Origin: a virus
IMG/VR virus record: IMGVR_UViG_3300045988_132725
Reading direction: 5' to 3' (one strand)
DNA: 64,000 bases
Every line of letters begins with the position of its first letter. The stretch's first letter is position 1. The notes under the pieces were generated by a model. That model was not told the DNA's origin. It ran no database searches and worked only from the letters and a program-made list of their open reading frames with translations. Position numbers and translations under genes: made by a program. Below, piece by piece: positions 54,001-61,377 of this stretch.

Positions 54001-54008
54001 CAAAGTTA
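54001..54008 (-). promoter_or_regulatory. Host-type -7 box TAACTTTG
   Basis: Plus-strand caaagtta, 19 nt upstream of the ATG at 53982. Confidence 0.5.
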
Positions 54009-54098
54009 ATGAAAGTGTCTTAGAAAGCAAGGAAATGGGCTATATTTTGATTTTTTCTTCAAAAATATTGATGATTATCAAATATACTTTCGAAAAAA

Positions 54099-54129
54099 TT
54101 TGTCATGATGGTTTTAATTCATAATTTCG
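54099..54129 (+). promoter_or_regulatory. Host-type promoter (TTTG-N19-TAATTTCG)
   Basis: TTTG at 54099-54102 and TAATTTCG at 54122-54129, upstream of the lipoprotein ATG at 54148. Confidence 0.5.
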
Positions 54130-54147
54130 CACGAAAAAATTGTTAAC

Positions 54148-55110
54148 ATGAAGCGATTGTTGTTTTTGCCCTTGTTGGTATTATGTTTATCTGGATGTAT
54201 GATGGAAGAGTTGGACAAGGAGTCTCCAGTTCAAGAAGCGAAAGAATATCTCGTGCCTATAAAGATGGCGGGGGAGATATTGGAGATAGAGGAAGGGCCA
54301 TTGACGAAAGCTGGAGAGAACAATGATTTGTATGGGTTTCAGATAAATAGTAAGAAGGCTGGAGAGACATCTTATTCTCCTTATGCCTATGGTTTGTTTG
54401 ATGATATAAGTGACGTGAAGGTTAAGTTGATTAGTGGTGCTGAGTATGAGTTTGTTTGTACTATGGTGAGGGATGGGAAGAGTAAGATTTGGGGAATTAA
54501 TCATGCCGGCCAAGGCACACCTTTTAAAATGAACTTAAATAACTATAATGAATTTATATATGATACAAAAGACTCTTATGAGAATGATTTTAAAAGGGGA
54601 CTCACTGAGGTTGGTATGGAGTTATATTATGTTATTCCCAATACAGATCGTTACTATGGAACCATAGATAAAATTGATCCATTATCTGCTTCTTCTTTAT
54701 CAATAAATATGAAAAGAGTTGTCTTTGGGTTGAAATGTATTGCTGATGGGCTTACGGAAGGGGAGCTTAAAATACGTGTAATGAAATATACATCTGACGA
54801 TTCTCCTTATTTATCTATTAAGACTCGTGGCGATCAATCCGTTGAAGAAATATATACTTTTGATTCTTTTTACTTGGACGATAACGGAGACCTATCTCGT
54901 GCATACACTTTAGAAGTTACCCATATACACGTAGATAATACACAAGAGATAATAGTAAATGAGTATATGACTTTTAAACGCAATAAGAAAACCATTGTTA
55001 CAATTAAGATCAAGAAGAGTAATGGTGATACGGGTACTAAAGGAGTAGATGTTGTGTTAGACGATACCCCAATGACTGATGGAGATAAAGTGGTAATAGA
55101 CGGCAAGTAA
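54148..55110 (+). CDS. Lipoprotein
   Basis: 320 aa. Signal peptide MKRLLFLPLLVLCLSGC with lipobox LSGC. The mature part is predicted beta-rich. Confidence 0.75.
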   Translation: MKRLLFLPLLVLCLSGCMMEELDKESPVQEAKEYLVPIKMAGEILEIEEGPLTKAGENNDLYGFQINSKKAGETSYSPYAYGLFDDISDVKVKLISGAEYEFVCTMVRDGKSKIWGINHAGQGTPFKMNLNNYNEFIYDTKDSYENDFKRGLTEVGMELYYVIPNTDRYYGTIDKIDPLSASSLSINMKRVVFGLKCIADGLTEGELKIRVMKYTSDDSPYLSIKTRGDQSVEEIYTFDSFYLDDNGDLSRAYTLEVTHIHVDNTQEIIVNEYMTFKRNKKTIVTIKIKKSNGDTGTKGVDVVLDDTPMTDGDKVVIDGK

Positions 55111-55135
55111 TAAACCAAACATAGCTTTAAAATAG

Positions 55136-55170
55136 GGCGAACATCGTTAAATCTGGTGTTCGCCTTTTTT
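55136..55170 (+). terminator. Intrinsic terminator after the lipoprotein gene
   Basis: Stem GGCGAACA / TGTTCGCC (55136-55143 / 55157-55164), followed by TTTTTT. Confidence 0.75.
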
Positions 55171-55315
55171 GTATTAAATGGCTAGAATAAGGAGCAAATT
55201 GGCACTGGGATAGAGAATTTAGGGAAAACGGGGCTTGAGGATTTGGTTCCCGGAAAATTTTTGGAAACAGATATATGCATTTTTATATATAGGAAAGAAG
55301 ATTGTTGGGATGGAT

Positions 55316-55345
55316 GGCAGATGGTTAAGAGGCAGTTGGTTAAGG
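55316..55345. repeat. Tandem 15-mers GGCAGATGGTTAAGA / GGCAGTTGGTTAAGG (iteron-like)
   Basis: Read directly. 13 of 15 positions are identical and the copies are adjacent, embedded in a purine-rich ORF-free tract (55200-55560). Confidence 0.7.
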
Positions 55346-55834
55346 GTGGAAATACTGGATGGGAAAATGAGAGAATTTACATATAGGCAAAGGTGTGCTT
55401 CCAGTGTATAAAAACTGTTTTTGATTTCTGGAAGGACAACCTAGGTTAGGGGAGGTGTTTGGAAGGGTAAAAACGGGACTTGAAAATAGGGACCGGCAAC
55501 ATGTATGGTATCCGCAACGCAAAGGTAACCCTCCCTCTTCTTTTTTGCCTTTTTCGTCCTGTTTGATCATTAATTAATGATTTATTTATGAATATAATAT
55601 CTGATTATCAGTATGTTATGTAAATAAGTTCACTAATATAGAAAGTGAACTTTTTGATAAAGGTGTATTAGTTGACTAGTACACTAGTAAGGTGTATAAT
55701 GTCATGTTTGTATAAAATATGACATTATGTCATGTTATTTTGTCATGTGATGATTCGCTTTAGTAAGTTGCTTACTAAAAGTAACTATTGTCTTATTTGC
55801 ATTAGTTCTTTTGCCTATATAATGTACGTGTATA

Positions 55835-56182
55835 TTATTCTTTATTGTCCTGTATCGCTTTCCTAATAGCTTCAGCGAATTTAGGATGTAAATGTATTTC
55901 GTTTTCCTCTATGATAACTAAATTATCACTTAAACTAGTATGCTTTGTATTATCTGTCTGATTATCAATATTATCAGGGGTAAACACTTGTTCGCCTAAT
56001 AGTTCATTAAATGTGCTTTTTGTATATTCTCTTAAACTACATAACTGTTTGATTGATAGTGTATTTATGTCTCTATCTAGTATGGTGGATATTGTACTTT
56101 TATTAATCCCTAATACATTTGATAAATCTATATTAGTAATATCGTACTTAAATCGTATGTCTCGTATAGTGTTCATATCCAA
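55835..56182 (-). CDS. XRE-family helix-turn-helix regulator
   Basis: 115 aa. ITNIDLSNVLGINKSTISTILDRDINTLSIKQLCSL matches the HTH_XRE pattern. Confidence 0.65.
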   Translation of the reverse strand: MDMNTIRDIRFKYDITNIDLSNVLGINKSTISTILDRDINTLSIKQLCSLREYTKSTFNELLGEQVFTPDNIDNQTDNTKHTSLSDNLVIIEENEIHLHPKFAEAIRKAIQDNKE

Positions 56183-56269
56183 TATTTTACGTATTAATAT
56201 GTAGTGTATAAACGTTAAATACGTGTTAATGAATGTATTTTCCGTTTTTAATCTAAAAAGCCGTTACAT

Positions 56270-56310
56270 CTTTGCACTGTGATCAAGAAACAACGGTTAC
56301 TTAGATCACA
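56270..56310. promoter_or_regulatory. Conserved 21-nt box plus inverted repeat TGTGATC-N19-GATCACA (operator candidate)
   Basis: CTTTGCACTGTGATCAAGAAA at 56270-56290. Inverted-repeat arms at 56278-56284 and 56304-56310. Confidence 0.5.
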
Positions 56311-56343
56311 AAGTTCTTTGTCTTATTGATAACAGCGTAAAGT

Positions 56344-56535
56344 TTAGTCTTTTAATTCAGTACCTATTAATTCTTTGTACGGTATGTTAGTGAGTTCATG
56401 AATTAACATAACCTCTTTGATACTGCGATCTAGCAAATTATCATATTTGCGTAAATTAGACGTATCACATTTGAGTTTATAAGCAATGTCTAATTGCTTA
56501 ATATTATGTTTTTTAAGTAGCTCTCTAAAAGTCAT
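56344..56535 (-). CDS. Small XRE-like helix-turn-helix regulator
   Basis: Trimmed to ATG 56533-56535 (MTFRELLKKHNIKQLDIAYKLKCDTSNLRKY...). The longer ORF would run through the operator and promoter. Confidence 0.55.
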   Translation of the reverse strand: MTFRELLKKHNIKQLDIAYKLKCDTSNLRKYDNLLDRSIKEVMLIHELTNIPYKELIGTELKD

Positions 56536-56617
56536 ACAAAAACCAATTAATATTATTAAACAACTAATTAACATTCTTTTTACATGTAAAATTGCACATG
56601 TGAAAAATAACATGTTA

Positions 56618-56667
56618 CTTTGCGCTGTGATCAAGAAATAAAGATCACACCCTAACAGCTGTTAGGG
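56618..56667. promoter_or_regulatory. Second copy of the 21-nt box with TGTGATC-N10-GATCACA, plus 18-bp palindrome CCCTAACAGCTGTTAGGG
   Basis: CTTTGCGCTGTGATCAAGAAA at 56618-56638. Inverted-repeat arms at 56626-56632 and 56643-56649. Palindrome at 56650-56667. Confidence 0.5.
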
Positions 56668-56671
56668 TTGA

Positions 56672-56702
56672 CAAATATACTGAAATATTGATTATAAACA
56701 AA
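56672..56702 (-). promoter_or_regulatory. Host-type promoter (minus sense TTTG-N19-TATATTTG)
   Basis: Plus-strand caaatata at 56672-56679 and caaa at 56699-56702. The palindromes lie just downstream of the predicted transcription start. Confidence 0.5.
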
Positions 56703-57508
56703 AGGTATGTAATGAGTTTTAGCGTATTGTTTTACCTGTTATCCGAAAAACTAACATAACATTGCATATTTAACAGGTTTTTGTAAGATTAATAAGTAGG
56801 TATTTGAGAAGTTGAAAGCAAGAAATAAAGGTTTAACCTTTACGATATTGCAGTGAAGTTGTGATGTATTGAGAATTAAAACAACGGTTAGACCGTTCCT
56901 AGTGTGATAGGCTAGGATAATGATCTTTGACGTATTGAGTGCTAAAAGTACAAATAGATAGCACATAGTTCAGCTGTATTATTGAAATATATCTTTTATA
57001 TTGGTTTCCGATATTGTAAGATATGTGTATAATATATAGCCTTATGAAAAACCTTGTAAGATAGCATTTATTTATACGCTATGAATGTTTTGTAAAACGG
57101 TAACTAAATGTAATGAACTTGAAAAGGAATATTCCGGGATAGATTTGTCGGAATGTCTGGGTGAAACCAGTTTGTACGGGTAAGGTACGCTTTAATCAAT
57201 CGGTTTGGTTTTAGAACGGCTTTACTTACAATTCGGGAATGATAGGCTGTAGTCTCGTATATATATGAGGTGAATCATATCTATATCTCTATTCATTCCC
57301 AGTATTACACAACTATTGTAACTACGAAATAATTGTGTCTTTTCGGATGGACTACCGACACGAAATACTAGAATCGTAACTTTAGTATTTGGGTGTGTCT
57401 TCCAGTGACTTTAAACTTACAACGGCGCAAAGATACTGAAAGAATTTGTTCGATACAAATGTAGTTCGCAAATTTTTATAAACAATTTAATTATAGGAGG
57501 ATTATATT

Positions 57509-58153
57509 ATGACTACAAATGAGACTATCAATCAGAATGTGGATTTTACAGTAGAACAAGTAAGAAATATTCTTTACGGCTGTATGGATAATTGCCAACG
57601 TATTTTCAAGAAATACGATTTGGAAGATTACGCTAATTGGGGAATCGCACAAAAGAAGGAATATTTTGGCGGTAAGGTAGTGATATTTACGTCTACCAGA
57701 GCTTATGTGATCCAAGACATTTCAGTGGACACTAGCGAAGATCTTGCCAACGGTATCTGGAAGGCATGGAAATCTATGTTCATACTTTCCGCATCATTAG
57801 CGAAAGTGAAGCAAAATATTAAGGAAATGGGGGGATCTATGCCTTCTTTAATGCCAGTGAAGGGTGTTGTTTCTATGTATAACGCTGAAGGAATCAATAT
57901 CTTTTCCAGTGATCTTTATGGTGATTGCGCCGACAATATCAGATTTACCCCGAAATCAAAGGATATAAAAGAGGCTGGCAAACCTAAAGAGGTGCGTGAT
58001 TGTGGATTCCGTCAAGCCAAGGCTATGTTTACGTTACTTGGCGCTGATAAATTGATTCGTCAATATAGATACGAGAAAGAAGAACCGAAAACTGTAATTC
58101 CCGCACTTCCGGAGACCGTGATCGAAGAAGCGGAAGCTATCGTTCTAAATTGA
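57509..58153 (+). CDS. Hypothetical protein
   Basis: 214-aa ORF preceded by an unusually strong Shine-Dalgarno sequence (taggagga, 7 nt before the ATG). Confidence 0.5.
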   Translation: MTTNETINQNVDFTVEQVRNILYGCMDNCQRIFKKYDLEDYANWGIAQKKEYFGGKVVIFTSTRAYVIQDISVDTSEDLANGIWKAWKSMFILSASLAKVKQNIKEMGGSMPSLMPVKGVVSMYNAEGINIFSSDLYGDCADNIRFTPKSKDIKEAGKPKEVRDCGFRQAKAMFTLLGADKLIRQYRYEKEEPKTVIPALPETVIEEAEAIVLN

Positions 58154-58302
58154 TATAATTGTAGACGTACCTTGAGAAATATGTAAGGGTGTAATGTATC
58201 CGTGTGGATAATTACGCCCTTATTATATCTATCTTGTAAAAGCATCCGCAATTATGTGGGTGCTTTTGTGTATATTATGTATATTTGCGAAAAATAAAGA
58301 AT

Positions 58303-58620
58303 ATGGCAACGATAGTATTGGAGAAAAAACGAAAGAACATAGATTTACCAGTGGAAACATTGAAAAAGTTGTCTATCATGGCAGCATCACAGGGTAAAAG
58401 TTTAAAAGCGTTTATAGAAAATATTTTGATAGCAAAAGCCGATACTCTGGACGTGCAAGTTTCATTGAATCCCAGTCCAAGTAACGACCCGTGGTTTGAC
58501 AACCCGAAAAACGTGGCTGCTGTAACACGAGGTATTGAGGATTTAAAACAGAAAAAAGTTGTATCTATGAATCTCGGTGAATCTTTGGATGATTTTCTTA
58601 ATCGTGTAGAGCATGTATAA
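58303..58620 (+). CDS. Antitoxin (YefM-like C-terminus) of the YoeB module
   Basis: Start at ATG 58303, because the -7 box TATATTTG at 58280-58287 overlaps the longer TTG-start ORF. The C-terminal NPKNVAAVTRGIEDLKQKK resembles YefM. Overlaps the toxin gene by 8 nt. Confidence 0.6.
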   Translation: MATIVLEKKRKNIDLPVETLKKLSIMAASQGKSLKAFIENILIAKADTLDVQVSLNPSPSNDPWFDNPKNVAAVTRGIEDLKQKKVVSMNLGESLDDFLNRVEHV

Positions 58621-58885
58621 AATAGAATTTACTAAAGAAGCTATTAAAGATGCTTCAAGATTACGGAAGTCGGATATGCAATCTTATAAGAAGCTTGATA
58701 AGTTAATAAATGAACTGAAAGAACACCCTACCACAGGCACGGGGCAAGTGGAGCAATTGAAAGGGAGTCTTTCGGGATATTGGAGCAGACGAATAAACAA
58801 TCAACACCGAATAATCTATTCCATACATGAAGAAATTGTAACGGTGGAGGTTGTATCGGTTGGAGGTCATTACGGAGATAAATAA
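58613..58885 (+). CDS. yoeB: YoeB/Txe-family toxin (mRNA interferase)
   Basis: 90 aa. GQVEQLKGSLSGYWSRRINNQHRIIYSI...GGHY parallels E. coli YoeB ([26 protein letters not shown]...YHY). Confidence 0.85.
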   Translation: MYKIEFTKEAIKDASRLRKSDMQSYKKLDKLINELKEHPTTGTGQVEQLKGSLSGYWSRRINNQHRIIYSIHEEIVTVEVVSVGGHYGDK

Positions 58886-58992
58886 TATACAAACATAAAA
58901 ATAAAGCACTCACAAATTTCGTGGGTGCTTTTTTCATAGGCGCTTGCATGGTGCATGAATAACTTTAAGGGAGAAAATTAAATCATAGATTT

Positions 58993-59226
58993 ATGGAAGA
59001 AAGAATAATAAACAGACTATGCGTTATTATATTCGCGAACGCAGCATTTACATTGATCGGATGTTATGTAGTGTATCTCTTTTTGAAAGATATTGAAAAT
59101 ACCCTACATGAAAAGATACAAGATTTATCCGATACTTTAAAACAAATGCAATGGGAGAAAGATCTGAAAGAAGCAACAGAAATGCTTTTCGGAAAAAGCA
59201 AAAATGATACCATAATACATATTTAG
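58993..59226 (+). CDS. Small single-pass membrane protein
   Basis: 77 aa with an N-terminal hydrophobic helix LCVIIFANAAFTLIGCYVVYLFL. Confidence 0.4.
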   Translation: MEERIINRLCVIIFANAAFTLIGCYVVYLFLKDIENTLHEKIQDLSDTLKQMQWEKDLKEATEMLFGKSKNDTIIHI

Positions 59227-59258
59227 TATTAGACTGTGTATTATATCTACATGAATAA

Positions 59259-59834
59259 TTACAGGGTTGGAAGTTCAAGTATAAAATGAATAATAATAGA
59301 TGAATTTGGAATGTTTTCTAAATCTTGAATGTACTGAATTTTCTCATCTTTACTAATTTTAAAATCTTCAACATTTCTGTTTTTTTTGAGAAAATTCAAA
59401 ATTTGATTGGAATATATTTCACACAATTGATCTTTTTTTGCGATTTTTGCATGTTTTATGGCTTGTACAAAACAGTTAAGGGTATCGGAATATTGCATAA
59501 TTAAAGCTTTATATTGTCCCATTACATACATTGACATACTATATGTTGCGTGAAAAGATTTATCGTCAAGTTCCATTATTTTAATAGCTAATTGATCCTG
59601 TAAAGTTTTAATGCGCTCATTAATTCTTTTGTCTATTGTCATTGCGGAGTATATTTGACCACCAAGTGCTATTGCGGAAGCTATTCCAATAATCCCGATC
59701 GCACCGGTCCAGATCCACGTTAACAACTGATCTGTAAAGATAAAAGGTTCACATCTGATAAAGGACGAACACAATGAAATTGCGGATATTGCTATAGCTA
59801 TGATTGATAGCCAATTAGCTTTAAGATACTTCAT
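59259..59834 (-). CDS. Membrane protein (2 TM) with cytosolic helical domain
   Basis: Trimmed to the internal ATG 59832-59834 (MKYLKANWLSIIAIAISA...). A+T-rich. Confidence 0.45.
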   Translation of the reverse strand: MKYLKANWLSIIAIAISAISLCSSFIRCEPFIFTDQLLTWIWTGAIGIIGIASAIALGGQIYSAMTIDKRINERIKTLQDQLAIKIMELDDKSFHATYSMSMYVMGQYKALIMQYSDTLNCFVQAIKHAKIAKKDQLCEIYSNQILNFLKKNRNVEDFKISKDEKIQYIQDLENIPNSSIIIHFILELPTL

Positions 59835-59922
59835 ATACTTTATTTTTAACTGCAAAAATAATGAATTGGGGTGACTTCGGGAAATCGGTACGCTCATATT
59901 ATACCTCAAAATTCACAAAATC

Positions 59923-60099
59923 ATGAAAAGAAAGAACAAGAAGCAAAAATTCCAGACGGTAAGAATCCGTCTGGATAAGAGAATGTTGACAGAGAAAGAC
60001 GTTATAAGGATCATTCAACGTGAACTTATTGATCCAAAAGATGAAATCGATCGGATAGTGGCTGAGTCTGTGCGTCAATTTGAGCTTGAATATCCATAA
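59923..60099 (+). CDS. Small basic protein (below the ORF-track cutoff)
   Basis: My translation is MKRKNKKQKFQTVRIRLDKRMLTEKDVIRIIQRELIDPKDEIDRIVAESVRQFELEYP (58 aa). Preferred over the antisense 118-aa ORF at 59899-60255. Confidence 0.35.
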   Translation: MKRKNKKQKFQTVRIRLDKRMLTEKDVIRIIQRELIDPKDEIDRIVAESVRQFELEYP

Positions 60100-60230
60100 G
60101 TGCTTTTGATTTGGAACGTATGAAGCAAGAATCTGTACGCCTATATTTTGTATAGTCGTAAACATTTTATATATTTGAAAACAAAAAAGATATACCAATA
60201 ATAAGCGAGTTTTTCGGAATAATTGTAACT

Positions 60231-60449
60231 TTGCGTTTCTTGGATCACAATCCACCGCATTTTCATGCTAGATATGGATCGCAGAAAGTTTTGGTTGAAA
60301 TTGAAAACGGGATTATTCGTGGCGAAATGTCTGAGCGGGCTTTACGGTTGATCTTGGAATGGCTTGATTTACATCGTGAGGAACTGAAAATCGCATGGGA
60401 AAAAGCGGCAAGTGGCAATGATCCGGGAAAAATTGAACCATTAAAATAG
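60231..60449 (+). CDS. DUF4160 family protein (start uncertain)
   Basis: LDHNPPHFHARYG is the DUF4160 signature. The family-typical N-terminal strand (ISEFFGIIVTLRF) is encoded in frame upstream (frame open from 60162) but has no ATG/GTG. Confidence 0.7.
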   Translation: MRFLDHNPPHFHARYGSQKVLVEIENGIIRGEMSERALRLILEWLDLHREELKIAWEKAASGNDPGKIEPLK

Positions 60450-60456
60450 TAATGTT

Positions 60457-60699
60457 ATGTTTACGGAAGTTGTACAAGCTAATTACGTGGATGGATACCG
60501 TATAGCGGTGTTGTTCAATGACGGGGTCAAGAAAATCGTGGATTTCACGAACCTGTTAAAAAGGAATATGCCGGTATTTAAGCCTCTGGAGAACATAGAC
60601 CTGTTTAAGAAATTCACAGTAACAGATACTTTAGAGTGGGATAACGGAAACATTGATATAGCTCCAGAGTATTTGTATGAGAATGGGGTTAAGGTATAA
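60457..60699 (+). CDS. DUF2442 family protein
   Basis: 80 aa. YRIAVLFNDGVKKIVDF ... LEWDNGNIDIAPEYLYENG is the DUF2442 pattern. This family is the usual partner of DUF4160. Confidence 0.8.
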   Translation: MFTEVVQANYVDGYRIAVLFNDGVKKIVDFTNLLKRNMPVFKPLENIDLFKKFTVTDTLEWDNGNIDIAPEYLYENGVKV

Positions 60700-60705
60700 G
60701 TAAAT

Positions 60706-60816
60706 ATGGGATTAATAGTGACATTCGGTTTTGTTAGCGTAGTCTCTTTATGTGTGATTACGTGGGGAATATTTGAGATCCATAAAATGAACAAGAAAAA
60801 AGAGCGATATTCGTAA
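60706..60816 (+). CDS. 36-aa hydrophobic peptide (tentative)
   Basis: My translation is MGLIVTFGFVSVVSLCVITWGIFEIHKMNKKKERYS: one TM helix plus a basic tail. Confidence 0.25.
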   Translation: MGLIVTFGFVSVVSLCVITWGIFEIHKMNKKKERYS

Positions 60817-60829
60817 AATTACATTGTAT

Positions 60830-61003
60830 ATGAAAACTGGAGACAAAGCAAAGGTTAGTCCTGTGCTTACGGGATTGTCCGAATGGATAGAAGGCGTGAT
60901 TATTAAAATTCGCAACAACCCGTTTACAGGGCTGGAAATTGCCGTAAAAGATGCTTGTGGGCGTGTCTTTTTCGGTGAGTCTAAATATTTTCAACCCGTA
61001 TAA
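60830..61003 (+). CDS. 57-aa protein upstream of vapD (possible partner)
   Basis: My translation is MKTGDKAKVSPVLTGLSEWIEGVIIKIRNNPFTGLEIAVKDACGRVFFGESKYFQPV. Its stop lies 2 nt before the vapD ATG. Confidence 0.4.
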   Translation: MKTGDKAKVSPVLTGLSEWIEGVIIKIRNNPFTGLEIAVKDACGRVFFGESKYFQPV

Positions 61004-61005
61004 TC

Positions 61006-61284
61006 ATGTTTGCGATAGCTTTTGATATGGTCATTTCAGACCTTAAACAAAATTACGGGGATCCGTATAATAATGCTTATTTTGATATTAGTAACATAAT
61101 GGAGAAGTATGGATTTTATAGGGCACAAGGGAGCTTGTATCTAACAGAGAATAGAGACATGGCAAACCTGTTCCGTGCTATTGAGGCTTTGAAGAAAACG
61201 GAGTGGTTCAGAAAATCAGTACGTGACATAAGAACATTTAGGGTAGAGGATTGGTCAAACTTCACGGATTTTATGAAAGAATAA
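61006..61284 (+). CDS. vapD: VapD (Cas2-superfamily endoribonuclease)
   Basis: 92 aa. MFAIAFDM...YGDPYNNAYFDISNIMEKYGFYRAQGSLYL...WFRKSVRDIRTFRVEDWSNFTDF matches the VapD family pattern. Confidence 0.8.
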   Translation: MFAIAFDMVISDLKQNYGDPYNNAYFDISNIMEKYGFYRAQGSLYLTENRDMANLFRAIEALKKTEWFRKSVRDIRTFRVEDWSNFTDFMKE

Positions 61285-61377
61285 TATTTTGCAATATATT
61301 GTAGTCAAATCAAAGCATGAAGGCGTTTGCGAGAGATCGTAGGCGCTTTTTTTTATGCCTAAAAATCAAGGAATAAT

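Noticed and set aside
59899-60255. 118-aa minus-strand ORF.
   Set aside because: It overlaps the in-frame N-terminal region of the DUF4160 gene and a plausible 58-aa plus-strand ORF. Its composition (Leu/Phe/Ile/Gln-rich) looks non-coding.
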